From Terriglobales bacterium (lineage in GTDB: Bacteria > Acidobacteriota > Terriglobia > Terriglobales > Acidobacteriaceae), in NCBI GenBank assembly GCA_035277605.1, contig DATEKE010000237.1, positions 1 to 62,404 of the forward strand: a stretch of DNA of 62,404 bases, in the 5' to 3' direction. The position numbers and the translations under genes were made by a program. Below are positions 9,040-18,538 of this stretch, in pieces; the stretch's first letter is position 1; the number at the start of each line of letters is the position of its first letter. The notes under the pieces are model-generated. The model was given only the letters and a program-made list of their open reading frames with translations, was not told the origin of the DNA and did no database searches.

Positions 9040-9279
9040 TTAGTGACTATCTCCCGCTGCCTGCTTCCCTGCTTCGAACGGCTCTGCTTGAAGCTTGCCA
9101 CCTTGCTTCATCAGGATCTCAACCTTTCCTTCGGCAGCCTCCAACTCCTGACGGCAGGAATTCGAAAGGCGCACGCCTTCCTCAAAGAGCTGAAGAGACT
9201 TCTCGAGCGGAAGGTCGCCTTTCTCAAGCTGTTCGACGATTTTCTCTAGCTGCTGCAAGCAGTCTTCAAATTTGGGCAA
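9040..9279 (-). CDS. xseB: Exodeoxyribonuclease VII small subunit
   Basis: 79 aa. FEDCLQQLEKIVEQLEKGDLPLEKSLQLFEEGVRL is the typical XseB helical hairpin. Confidence 0.88.
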   Translation of the reverse strand: MPKFEDCLQQLEKIVEQLEKGDLPLEKSLQLFEEGVRLSNSCRQELEAAEGKVEILMKQGGKLQAEPFEAGKQAAGDSH

Positions 9280-9446
9280 GATGAGGCTCCATCAACATTG
9301 TAAACGGAGGAACGAAGCAGAGAGGAGAGGCACCCTTGAGCTGCAAATCGAAATAGCGCGATCCGAAATTGCAAAGATCCAGCAACAACAATTGTCGCGG
9401 GGCTTGGACGCCCAGCGACACCCACCGGCTACCGCCGGCGGTTCTG

Positions 9447-10583
9447 TTACTTCTGAAACAGCAAAGGCGCAAACGCAGCCAGGTTGCGTCGCCAGACCAT
9501 CCACGTGTGCATACCGGGAGTATCGATGTCCGTGTGCTTCACGCCTTTGCTGGTGAGCCACTCGCGGAAGCGACGGTTCACATCAATCAGGCGATCTTCG
9601 GTACCACAAGCAATCCATAGCAGTTCGAGATTCGCAGCGTCTTTCGGATCCCAGCCGGCGAATTGCTGGTCGAAATTTTCGTTGAGTCCACCAGTGCTGA
9701 ATGCGCCGATCCAGCCGAAGCGATCGAGATTAGTCAAACCGACGAACAGCGATTCCGATCCTCCCATCGACAGGCCGGCGATTGCACGCGACTTGCGGTC
9801 GGTCAGCGTTCGATATTCGTGCTCAACTTGCGGCATCACTTCGGTGAGGAGCGCCTTGCGGTAGTTGTCGAGATTTCGCTGGCGTAGATCGTCATTGTTG
9901 AAAGCGCGGAAGCCGCGTTTCAGCATATCGAGATCGCCATATCCGAGCGTCATCACAACGATCATGGGCTTCGCTTTCTGCTGAGCAATGAGATTGTCGA
10001 GAATCACATTCGCGCGTCCGACTGCGGTCCAGCCGCTGGCATCGTCGCTATAGCCGTGCAGCAGGTACAGGACGGGATATTTCTTGTTTTTTGCAGGGTT
10101 GTAGTCCGGTGGCGTGTACACGTAATAATCGCGCTGATCGCCCACGACACCCGATTTGTAGAAGTGATGATGCACTACTCCATGCGGCACATCGTTCACT
10201 TCCCATGGCAGCGATGGTCCGGGGATGTGGACCATGTTCTGCGTATTCAGCAAATTTGGCTTCAGCAGCGGATTCGATGGATCGATCAGGATTACGCCGT
10301 CGGCCACGAAAGAGTAGCCATAGAAATCCGGCTCCAGCGGATCGGTTGTGACGCTCCACACACCCGAGTCGTCCTTTTGCATCGGAATGTGCGCGGTGCG
10401 ACCTTCAAGCGCCACTTCCACTTTCTGCGCATTCGGATCGCGAAAGCGGAAAGTTACGCGATTGTCCGACTGAACTTCCGGCGAAACTATCGGAGCCGGC
10501 GGCTGCTGTTGCTGCGCGAAAACTGAAATCGCACAGAAACTGAGAGTGGCGAGGGCTAGACTGCGCAGTCTTGTGTTGAGCAC
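9447..10583 (-). CDS. Secreted esterase of the 'putative esterase' family (esterase D / enterochelin esterase-like) with an N-terminal Ig-like (E-set/CBM48-like) domain
   Basis: Nucleophile elbow GLSMGG, N-terminal beta-sandwich (VTFRFRDPNAQKVEVALEG...). Start moved to GTG 10583, which gives signal peptide LNTRLRSLALATLSFCAISVFA. The longer ORF would overlap the divergent MFS gene. Confidence 0.82.
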   Translation of the reverse strand: MLNTRLRSLALATLSFCAISVFAQQQQPPAPIVSPEVQSDNRVTFRFRDPNAQKVEVALEGRTAHIPMQKDDSGVWSVTTDPLEPDFYGYSFVADGVILIDPSNPLLKPNLLNTQNMVHIPGPSLPWEVNDVPHGVVHHHFYKSGVVGDQRDYYVYTPPDYNPAKNKKYPVLYLLHGYSDDASGWTAVGRANVILDNLIAQQKAKPMIVVMTLGYGDLDMLKRGFRAFNNDDLRQRNLDNYRKALLTEVMPQVEHEYRTLTDRKSRAIAGLSMGGSESLFVGLTNLDRFGWIGAFSTGGLNENFDQQFAGWDPKDAANLELLWIACGTEDRLIDVNRRFREWLTSKGVKHTDIDTPGMHTWMVWRRNLAAFAPLLFQK

Positions 10584-10646
10584 GCGAGGATTATACGGAT
10601 TCGCTTTGAAGGCGCAAACCGGCGCGAGGATTTGCTCGTGTAACCT

Positions 10647-11933
10647 ATGAAGGTGCCCCCTGAGACAGAACCGGCTGTCCCACCGAGAGCCGCATTTCAA
10701 TATCGCGATTTCCGGCTGTTCCAGTTTGGGCGCGCACTTTCGATCGTCGGCACGGAGATGCAGTCGGTCGCGGTCGGCTGGCAGGTTTTCGAGATTACTC
10801 ACCGGCCGATCGACCTCGGATATGTAGGTCTCGTCCAATTCCTTCCCGGCGTTTTGCTCTCAATTCCTGCCGGGCACACGGCGGATCGTTTTGATCGTCG
10901 CGCGGTGTTACTGACCTGTTACATCTCTTACTCGATTTGCTCGGTCTTACTCTTTCTGCAAGCACATGCCAGCGCCAAGTCGGTGCTTCCGATTTTCGCA
11001 ACGCTGCTATTAATCGGCATCACCCGCGCGTTCAGCGGACCTGCCAGTCAATCTTTAGTCCCACAGCTTGTGCCGACCGAGCATTTTGGGAACGCAGTCA
11101 CCTGGGGAGCTACCGTTTTCCAGATTGCAACCGTGCTCGGTCCCGCACTGGGCGGCCTGATATATGGCTGGGCACACGGAGCAGCCAACGTTTACATCAC
11201 CGCTGCATGTTGTTATGCGGCGGGTTTCGTGTTCCTGCTGATGATGCGCGTGCGCACCGGCCGGATGGAGAAGAAAGATATCTCCATCGAGACCCTGCTT
11301 GCCGGCGTGCGCTATGTGTGGCGCGAAAAGATCATTTTGGGATCGATCTCGCTGGATTTGTTTGCTGTACTGCTGGGCGGCGCTGTTGCGCTGCTCCCTG
11401 TTTATGCAGAGGACGTGCTGCATGTTGGCCCAGGCGGCCTCGGCGTCTTGCGCAGCATGCCCGCCGCCGGGGCTGCGCTTATGGCAGTTGTGCTGGCATA
11501 TCGTCCGTTGCAACGCCGGTCCGGAGTAATGATGTTCATCGCCGTCGCTATCTTCGGAGTCTCGACCATCATCTTCGGCATTTCGCGTTCAATGACGATC
11601 TCGCTGATTTCGCTGTTCGTCGTAGGCGCCTCAGACATGATCAGCGTTGTCATCCGCAACACGCTCGTCCAGATCGCAACGCCTGCGGCGATGCGTGGCC
11701 GCGTGAGCGCCGTGAACCTGCTGTTCATTGGGGCATCAAACGAATTTGGTCAGTTCGAATCGGGAATTACTGCCCAGTGGCTTGGCGCCATGCCTGCAGT
11801 CATCCTCGGCGGAGTAGGCACGTTAGTGGTCGTTGGACTCTGGGCATGGATATTTCCGCAACTGCGGCAGATGGATCGGCTCATCCCAGTTCGGGAAATT
11901 GAGGCAGAGGCCAAGCAACAGGAGTTGGTGTGA
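10647..11933 (+). CDS. MFS transporter (EntS/MFS_3-like by memory)
   Basis: 428 aa with about 12 predicted TM helices. N-terminal FRLFQFGRALSIVGTEMQSVAVGW is typical of this MFS subgroup. Confidence 0.85.
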   Translation: MKVPPETEPAVPPRAAFQYRDFRLFQFGRALSIVGTEMQSVAVGWQVFEITHRPIDLGYVGLVQFLPGVLLSIPAGHTADRFDRRAVLLTCYISYSICSVLLFLQAHASAKSVLPIFATLLLIGITRAFSGPASQSLVPQLVPTEHFGNAVTWGATVFQIATVLGPALGGLIYGWAHGAANVYITAACCYAAGFVFLLMMRVRTGRMEKKDISIETLLAGVRYVWREKIILGSISLDLFAVLLGGAVALLPVYAEDVLHVGPGGLGVLRSMPAAGAALMAVVLAYRPLQRRSGVMMFIAVAIFGVSTIIFGISRSMTISLISLFVVGASDMISVVIRNTLVQIATPAAMRGRVSAVNLLFIGASNEFGQFESGITAQWLGAMPAVILGGVGTLVVVGLWAWIFPQLRQMDRLIPVREIEAEAKQQELV

Positions 11934-11947
11934 AGACGCGGGGCGCT

Positions 11948-12634
11948 TCACTGGTATGAAGTTGGATCCACGACTCCAGCTTCGGCGAAGCCTTTACGCC
12001 GCAGTTGACACGAGTCGCAATGGCCACATGCGCAACCTTCCGGCGAAGGGTCGTAACAGCTCGTCGTCATGGAATAATCCACTCCGAGCCTGGTTCCTTC
12101 GCGAATAATCTGGGCTTTCGTCATGTCAATCAATGGAGCGTGGATGGTGAATCTCCGCCCTTCGACACCGGCCTTGGTTGCGACGTTTGCCAGTGACTCA
12201 AAAGCTTTGATGAACTCGGAGCGACAGTCCGGGTACCCACTGTAATCGAGCGCGTTTACCCCGACAAAAATGTCGAAAGAACCTGTGGTCTCGGCCACGC
12301 CTAGTGCGAACGACAGGAAAATGGTGTTTCGGGCCGGAACATACGTTATCGGAATGCCCTCGGACATTTGATCGTGCGGTCGATTTTTGGGGACTTCGAT
12401 ATCTGCCGTCAGCGCCGAGCCGCCAAATTGGCGCAGGTCAAAAGAGATGATGGAATGCTTCGCTCCTAAGCTCTGCGCTATTCGTTGCGCGGCCTTGAGC
12501 TCGACGCGATGACGCTGGCCGTAGTCGAAGCTCAATGCATGCAGCTCAAATCCGCGCTCGCGTGCGATGGCGAGAACTGTGGCGGAATCGAGTCCGCCGC
12601 TCAAAAGCACGACTGCTTTCCTGGTAGCCGACAT
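11948..12634 (-). CDS. queC: 7-cyano-7-deazaguanine synthase
   Basis: SGGLDS PP-loop ([13 protein letters not shown]). C-terminal zinc cysteines [17 protein letters not shown]. Confidence 0.95.
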   Translation of the reverse strand: MSATRKAVVLLSGGLDSATVLAIARERGFELHALSFDYGQRHRVELKAAQRIAQSLGAKHSIISFDLRQFGGSALTADIEVPKNRPHDQMSEGIPITYVPARNTIFLSFALGVAETTGSFDIFVGVNALDYSGYPDCRSEFIKAFESLANVATKAGVEGRRFTIHAPLIDMTKAQIIREGTRLGVDYSMTTSCYDPSPEGCACGHCDSCQLRRKGFAEAGVVDPTSYQ

Positions 12635-12642
12635 GGTCGCGA

Positions 12643-15297
12643 TCAGTAGCTGGTTTTATCGCCGACTCGGGCTGGATCGGCAGGATGACGCATTGGTCCG
12701 CGTCCCTTGAACCAGAGAGAACCGCCGTGCTCTCGGAAACTGCCTGGATGGACGGGATCATCTCCGCGCGTGAGGTCCTGCTTTTTCGCACCATAGCGAG
12801 CTTTGATCGCGGCGAGTACTCGGTCAGGAGTAAACGGGGCTTCACGTAAACGGATGCCTACAGCGTCATAGATCGCGTTTGCAATCGCGGGAATGCACGC
12901 GGCCAATGAACCTTCGCTGGCTTCTTTGGCTCCGAATGGACCTTCTGGATCGACGCTCTCGACGATGTAGCTGACAACCTCCGGTGACTCGGCAGCGGAG
13001 GGCGATTTGTATTCGAGCATGCCAGGATTCATCAGCAGTCCGTCTTTCCAGACCATTTCCTCCTGCATCGCTTGACCTAGTCCCATCCAGACGGACCCGA
13101 TCACTTGTCCTTCGACCGATGTAGGGTTCAACGCGCGTCCGCAGTCGTGGGCTGCCCAGACTTTGTGAACGGTGACTTCGCCCGTCTCTTCATCGACGCT
13201 TACTTCCGCTACCTGAGCCGAATAGGAGTACGCCGGAGATGGCCCAACGCCTGCGCCTTTGTGTTTGCCTCCGCGGGCTTCCGGAGGTGGCGCGTAGGAA
13301 CCAGTACCGGTGAGTGCGCCACTGAAGTCAATTGCAGCGACCACGGCCTCTTCGAAGGATATGTGTTCTTTTGGACCCTCCTCTTTGCGCTTCTGCTGAA
13401 CGGAGTTGCGCAGGATCTGTCCTTCGACTCGGCCTGATACGGTAGGTTCAGACGACACGCAGCCCGGGATAATTCCTTCGACCGGAGCAGACTGCTGCAC
13501 AGTCGCGTCTAAGCTTGCCGGACCTCTCGGCGTATCTTTACTGCCGAGTACCTCGGCGGCGCTTCTCTCTCCCGAAACGGAACTCACTCCTTGCTTGCTT
13601 ACATGGTCATCGCGCATGAGGACGTCTTCGGGGGCGCAGGCCATCTTCCGTGCGGCCGCGGCAACGATTCTTTTTTTCACCTCCGCTGCTGCGCGCATCG
13701 CAGCATTGCCGTTCATGAAAGTCACACGGCTGGAATAAGAACCGATGTCCACCGGAGTCAAATCCGTGTCGGCAGCAACGACTTTCACCCGCGAAAGCTT
13801 GCAGCCAAGCACTTCAGAAACAATCTGCGCGACCATCGTGTCGGAGCCCTGGCCAATATCCGAAGCGCCGGTGTAGATGATCACTCCGCCGTCGCGGTCG
13901 ATTTTGATGTTGACTGTCGAATGTGGCATATCAGAGCGAATGATGGAATTCGCGGCGCCGCTCACGTAATGGCTGCACCCGATGCCCAGTCCGCGACCGC
14001 GTTCAAGTTTGCCTTTGCGCTCAGCCCAGCGCGAACCCTCGAGAACTCTATCGATGCACTCCGGCAGGCCATAGCTCTGAACGCGCAATCCATTCACGGT
14101 GATGCATGGCGGCTTCAGAAGATTGATCCGACGTACCTGCGCCGGATCCATGCCGACTGCTGCGGCAAGTTCGTCGAGCTGCGACTCGAAGGCGAATCTG
14201 ACGTTTACCGTTCCATGCCCCCGCATCGCACCGCAGGCTGGCTTGTTCGTTAATACGCGATATCCATCGAAGCGGATGTTCGGAATGTCGTACAAAGCTC
14301 CGAGCAGGGCTCCCGAATAAAGAATCGTCACAACTCCATAGGAACAATACGCCCCGCCATCCTGGATCACTCGCGCGGCTACCGCGCTGACCTTACCGTC
14401 GCGTTTAATTCCCGTTTTGAGATCAACAATGGTGCGTGGGCGTCCGCGGTGGGCCCAGAATACTTCTTCACGGGTGTATGTGATCTTGACCGGAGCTTTT
14501 GCCTTGCGAGCCGCGACAGCGGCGATGATCTCCAGCGGAATAACCTCGCTCTTACCTCCAAAGCCGCCGCCGACCAGCGGTTTGATGACTCGAATCCGCG
14601 CCATGGGCATCTCCAGCACGATCGAGAGCTTGTGCTGGAGGTAATAAGGCACCTGGGTTGACGACCAGACTGTCAGCCGGCCGGCTTGCCCGGTTTGGGA
14701 ATCGAAATCGAAACTGGCCAGCGTCGAATGCGGTTCCATGGCTGCGTGAGTCACTTCATTGGCGAGATAGCGGCCCTCAATGATGTGGGCTGCTTCCCGA
14801 AAGCCCTGCTCAGGATCACCGAAGACATGGTGGTAATCCTTTTCAATGTTGTTGAGCTTCTCCGCGTGGATCAGATCGGAATTGGCCTTCATCGATTCTT
14901 CGGGATCGAAGTATGCAGGCAGGGACTGGTACTCGACATCGATCAACTCAAGCGCCTGCTCGGCTATCGACTCTGATTCGGCTACTACGCACGCGACGTT
15001 GTCACCGATGTATCGGACTTTATCCACGGCCAGCGCGGTCTCATCGTGTCCGACGGGAAGGATTCCGTACTTGTTCGGCGCATCCTCGCCAGTCACGACA
15101 GCAACCACTCCATCGAGTGCAAGAGCGCGTCGCGCATCAATCCGTTTGACACAGGCGTGAGGATGAGGCGAGTGCAGGATTTTGCCGATCAATATTCCCG
15201 GGAGCGATAGATCGTCAGCGTACTTCCCTGCTCCTGTCGTTTTCCCTGCGGAGTCGATCAGGGCAACCGGCTTCCCGATGACTGAGAACTCTGACAT
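12643..15297 (-). CDS. Xanthine dehydrogenase/aldehyde oxidase-family molybdopterin-binding large subunit
   Basis: 884 aa. a/b-hammerhead N-terminus, GGGFGGK signature ([13 protein letters not shown]), C-terminal dimerisation motifs. Carries an extra low-complexity segment (see findings). Confidence 0.93.
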   Translation of the reverse strand: MSEFSVIGKPVALIDSAGKTTGAGKYADDLSLPGILIGKILHSPHPHACVKRIDARRALALDGVVAVVTGEDAPNKYGILPVGHDETALAVDKVRYIGDNVACVVAESESIAEQALELIDVEYQSLPAYFDPEESMKANSDLIHAEKLNNIEKDYHHVFGDPEQGFREAAHIIEGRYLANEVTHAAMEPHSTLASFDFDSQTGQAGRLTVWSSTQVPYYLQHKLSIVLEMPMARIRVIKPLVGGGFGGKSEVIPLEIIAAVAARKAKAPVKITYTREEVFWAHRGRPRTIVDLKTGIKRDGKVSAVAARVIQDGGAYCSYGVVTILYSGALLGALYDIPNIRFDGYRVLTNKPACGAMRGHGTVNVRFAFESQLDELAAAVGMDPAQVRRINLLKPPCITVNGLRVQSYGLPECIDRVLEGSRWAERKGKLERGRGLGIGCSHYVSGAANSIIRSDMPHSTVNIKIDRDGGVIIYTGASDIGQGSDTMVAQIVSEVLGCKLSRVKVVAADTDLTPVDIGSYSSRVTFMNGNAAMRAAAEVKKRIVAAAARKMACAPEDVLMRDDHVSKQGVSSVSGERSAAEVLGSKDTPRGPASLDATVQQSAPVEGIIPGCVSSEPTVSGRVEGQILRNSVQQKRKEEGPKEHISFEEAVVAAIDFSGALTGTGSYAPPPEARGGKHKGAGVGPSPAYSYSAQVAEVSVDEETGEVTVHKVWAAHDCGRALNPTSVEGQVIGSVWMGLGQAMQEEMVWKDGLLMNPGMLEYKSPSAAESPEVVSYIVESVDPEGPFGAKEASEGSLAACIPAIANAIYDAVGIRLREAPFTPDRVLAAIKARYGAKKQDLTRGDDPVHPGSFREHGGSLWFKGRGPMRHPADPARVGDKTSY

Positions 15298-15300
15298 GAT

Positions 15301-15813
15301 TTATTTCTTCTGCGCCGCCATTCCTTCCTGCTCTGCGCGGATGGCTGCCTTAATGGCCTGATACATTTGCGTGTATCCTGTGCATCGACACAAATTGCCG
15401 CTAAGCGCTTGGCGAATGTCATCATCACTCGGCTCGGGATTGCGTTCAAGTAGAGCTTTGACTGTCATGATGAATCCTGGTGTGCAATATCCGCATTGCG
15501 CTCCGCCCCACTCGCCGTATGCTTTCTGAATTGCCGCCATTGCCCCGTGCTCGGCAACGCCCTCGACGGTCGTAATCTCAGGAGCGATGTTTTCCTCGTC
15601 GGTGGCCAGCGACGCCGCAACAATGGTGCACGACAGCATCGGAACTCCATCGATCAGAACCGTACACGACCCGCAAGAAGAGTCGTCGCAGCCGCGCTTG
15701 GAGCCAGTAAGTTCAAGCTCTTGACGTAGGGTGTCAAGCAGAAGCTGTGAAGGCTCAATTGCCAGTTCACGCCGTCTGCCATTCACGCGCAGCTCGATCA
15801 ATTCCTTTTTCAT
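15301..15813 (-). CDS. (2Fe-2S)-binding small subunit of the molybdenum hydroxylase
   Basis: Two cluster motifs: CDDSSCGSCTV, and QCGYCTPGF...CRCTGY. Its stop lies 3 nt before the large-subunit start. Confidence 0.93.
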   Translation of the reverse strand: MKKELIELRVNGRRRELAIEPSQLLLDTLRQELELTGSKRGCDDSSCGSCTVLIDGVPMLSCTIVAASLATDEENIAPEITTVEGVAEHGAMAAIQKAYGEWGGAQCGYCTPGFIMTVKALLERNPEPSDDDIRQALSGNLCRCTGYTQMYQAIKAAIRAEQEGMAAQKK

Positions 15814-15869
15814 GAGTCAGCTCTAGGATAGCTGAGGGCGAGCCGGTGGAGGAATGATGGCGGGTGAAC

Positions 15870-16775
15870 CTAGCTCGCCTTGTGGTCAGAGCTTGACCGC
15901 AGCGACTGATGCGCTACTTCGACGAAGGCCATGGCAGCACGAGGGAGAGTGCGGTCTTTTCTATAGACCAGTCCCAGCTCGCGCTTTAGCTTGAGATCCT
16001 TGATTGGAATGAGTCGGAGCCGCCCTGCCTGGATATCATCCTGAGCAAAGGTGGTGCTGATGACCGAAGCGCCAAATCCTCCAGCGACAAATTGCTTGAT
16101 TAGAGTGATGCTGCCAAGCTCCATCGAAATGCGAAGGGTATCGCGATATGGATTGAACATCCGCTCAAGTGCCTGGCGTGTCGATCCTGTTTTGGGGAAA
16201 ATAAGAGGCACTTCGGCGATTTCGGAAAGGGTTACGACTTTCTTGCTTGCCAGCGGGTGGTTCGCCTGAATCACAAATTGCAACTCGTCGCGAAAAATCG
16301 GAATGACACGCAAGCAAGCGCTCTTGACCGGGAGGGTGACGATTCCGACATCGACGGCGCCGAGCTCGATCTTCTCGATGATCTTGCGGCTGAAATTGCG
16401 ATACACACTTATGCGAACCGACGAGTACTTATTGTGGAAGCGCTGGAAGACCTTCGGCAGAACGTAAAGAAATGTAGCCTCGTTAGCGCCGATGGAGAGT
16501 ACTCCGCGCGTCTCCTCGGATGCATGGGAGAGCGCATTGCGCGATTCGTCGTGGAGCCGAAGCAGGCTCTGCGCGTATTGCAGGAGAATCTCGCCTGCGG
16601 GCGTCAGCCGGACCGCCTTCCCCGATCGATCGAATAGGCGCTGCTGATAGTCTTCTTCGAGCTGGCGAATCTGCGCGCTGACTGCCGGCTGCGACCGAAA
16701 CACTTTTGCCGCTGCACGCGAGAAGTTCCCTTCCTTCGCCACTTCAACAAAAGTCTTTAGATGATCCAGGTCCAC
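15870..16775 (-). CDS. LysR-family transcriptional regulator
   Basis: N-terminal HTH (FVEVAKEGNFSRAAAKVFRSQPAVSAQIRQLEE) plus a LysR substrate-binding fold. Confidence 0.92.
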   Translation of the reverse strand: MDLDHLKTFVEVAKEGNFSRAAAKVFRSQPAVSAQIRQLEEDYQQRLFDRSGKAVRLTPAGEILLQYAQSLLRLHDESRNALSHASEETRGVLSIGANEATFLYVLPKVFQRFHNKYSSVRISVYRNFSRKIIEKIELGAVDVGIVTLPVKSACLRVIPIFRDELQFVIQANHPLASKKVVTLSEIAEVPLIFPKTGSTRQALERMFNPYRDTLRISMELGSITLIKQFVAGGFGASVISTTFAQDDIQAGRLRLIPIKDLKLKRELGLVYRKDRTLPRAAMAFVEVAHQSLRSSSDHKAS

Positions 16776-16848
16776 GCCGCACCAATGAAGCGCGAATTTG
16801 CTTCCATCCTGATTACATCGCGAGTGGAACAGCTTTACCTAATAAGAA

Positions 16849-16871
16849 AAATCAATCTACGGGATTGATTT
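16849..16871. promoter_or_regulatory. Interrupted dyad AAATCAAT-N7-ATTGATTT, candidate LysR-type operator
   Basis: Perfect 8-bp arms in the divergent region between the LysR gene (start 16775) and the small secreted-protein gene (start 16911). Confidence 0.4.
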
Positions 16872-16910
16872 CCCTGATGTTGCTACATTTGTAAAGCTCA
16901 AAGGTGAATC

Positions 16911-17225
16911 ATGACAAATCAACTTGCTTGCGTATGCGCGATTTTACTAAGCGCCACTGTCTCTCTTGCTCAATCCGGCCAGGAGCCAAATCCGAAAACA
17001 ACATCGACCGCCCAGCGAAGTGCACCCATCCAGCAGCCCGTAGATTTGAAGAGCGATCTGGAAAAAATGCGCGTTCTTATCGAGCAGATGCAGCGAAATG
17101 TAGCCTTCGTCTCCGCCGGAGACACGCCTTTGAAGCATCAGTTTCAGTTGGAGATCGAGATGTGGCAGCTTCTTCTGCGAGACATGGACCGGAAAATCGA
17201 CGAGAGAGGGATGGCAACACACTAG
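16911..17225 (+). CDS. Small secreted hypothetical protein (104 aa)
   Basis: Signal peptide MTNQLACVCAILLSATVSLAQS. Helical, Met/Gln/Glu-rich mature part. Confidence 0.65.
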   Translation: MTNQLACVCAILLSATVSLAQSGQEPNPKTTSTAQRSAPIQQPVDLKSDLEKMRVLIEQMQRNVAFVSAGDTPLKHQFQLEIEMWQLLLRDMDRKIDERGMATH

Positions 17226-17288
17226 ATGAGGCCACATTGCACCGCTTATGCAAGCCTGGCGGAACGATCCCATGGCACCACGGAATCT

Positions 17289-18038
17289 TTAGAGCCCTTC
17301 AGCCAGCTCCACCAAACTGCGGACATCCTGTTCACGAATGATGATTCGCTCAAATTCGCTACGTGCCTTTCCAAACGAGACGGTCTCATTTTGAAACAAC
17401 ATGGGACCGGGCACCGTGGTTCGGAGGCCGGCATGCACTTCTCTGACCCCTGTGTGCTGAACGATAGCTCTAACGTTTGCTGGGCGAACGCCGCCGGCAG
17501 CAATCAGGGAGATCCGCTCGCCAGCTTCCTTCACCAGCAACTGCAGAACCGAAATTCCGTCGCACGCGGAAGCTACGCCTCCAGAGGTAAGGACTCGATC
17601 TGCGCCGCAGGCGACTATGTCTTTCAGAGCAGCCGAAATATCCCTACACATGTCGATCGCGCGATGGAAGGTGACCGACATGGGGCGCGATGCCTCCACC
17701 AACGCCTGGGTGAGTTCCACATTGACACTTCCTTCGGGATTGAGGGCGCCTAATACCGCACCGTCAGCGCCAATCCGCTTCATGGCCGCAATGTCGCGCT
17801 GCATGACGTCCTGCTCCTCGTCGGAATAGCAAAAATCGCCGCCGCGGGGACGGATAATCACGTGCAATGGGATTTTCAGCCGATCTCGAACAACCGCGAC
17901 TAGTCCCTCACTCGGCGTTACCCCTCCTTCCAAGGGATCGCTGAACAACTCCACCCGATGTGCCCCGCCGGCCTGGGCTGCCAATGCGGACTGCACCGAG
18001 TGCGCCGCAATTTCCACTATGATTCGCTTCGCAGACAT
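17289..18038 (-). CDS. cutC: Copper homeostasis protein CutC family
   Basis: TIM-barrel CutC pattern (VEIAAHSVQSALAAQAGGAHRVELFSDPLEGGVTPS...). Confidence 0.88.
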   Translation of the reverse strand: MSAKRIIVEIAAHSVQSALAAQAGGAHRVELFSDPLEGGVTPSEGLVAVVRDRLKIPLHVIIRPRGGDFCYSDEEQDVMQRDIAAMKRIGADGAVLGALNPEGSVNVELTQALVEASRPMSVTFHRAIDMCRDISAALKDIVACGADRVLTSGGVASACDGISVLQLLVKEAGERISLIAAGGVRPANVRAIVQHTGVREVHAGLRTTVPGPMLFQNETVSFGKARSEFERIIIREQDVRSLVELAEGL

Positions 18039-18304
18039 AGAACCGGAATGGAACAGCGTAACTCAATGTTGCGCCGTCGTAACTTTTACTGGTTACCTTT
18101 CTCAATTAACCATAATGGGAACGAAGCACAGGAAAGAATTCTATTCACAATTTCAGAATTGCATGTAAACTCTGTGATTCGCTCGACGGATACACAAGCA
18201 TTCGGTATCTTGAGAATGAGAGGTTGTGCCACCTTGGTGGCGTGACCAGTTTATCTTTTCACTGTTAGAATCATCTTCCCAATTCGGGAGTTAAGGAGAT
18301 CGCG

Positions 18305-18520
18305 TTGGATACTGAACAGATTATTCAAGCATTGAAGGCCGAGCGCGAGCGGATCGATAAAGCGATCACGGCGCTCGGGGGCGGAGGAGGCGGCGGGTCC
18401 CGTGCTGGACGAGGCGGGGGGCGCCGTGGACCTCGGATGATGAGTGCGGAAGCGAGGAGGCGAATCTCCGAAGCTCAGAAGAGACGTTGGGCGGAACAGC
18501 GGAAGAAGAACAAATCCTAA
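18305..18520 (+). CDS. Small basic Gly/Arg-rich protein (71 aa), probable nucleic-acid binder
   Basis: TTG start with AAGGAG 7 nt upstream. N-terminal helix, G7 run plus RGG-like stretch, C-terminal SAEARRRISEAQKRRWAEQRKK basic helix. Confidence 0.6.
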   Translation: MDTEQIIQALKAERERIDKAITALGGGGGGGSRAGRGGGRRGPRMMSAEARRRISEAQKRRWAEQRKKNKS

Positions 18521-18538
18521 TATCGACGGAAGACAACT

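Noticed and set aside
10584-10838. N-terminal 85-codon extension of the esterase ORF
   Set aside because: It would overlap the divergent MFS gene by about 190 nt. The signal peptide begins only at GTG 10583, and the extension is not protein-like.
10937-11902. 321-aa alternative-frame ORF inside the MFS gene
   Set aside because: It is extremely Arg/Cys/His-rich (..RRRRLRHDQRCHPQHARPDRN..), which is a frame-shifted reading of a GC-rich membrane-protein gene.
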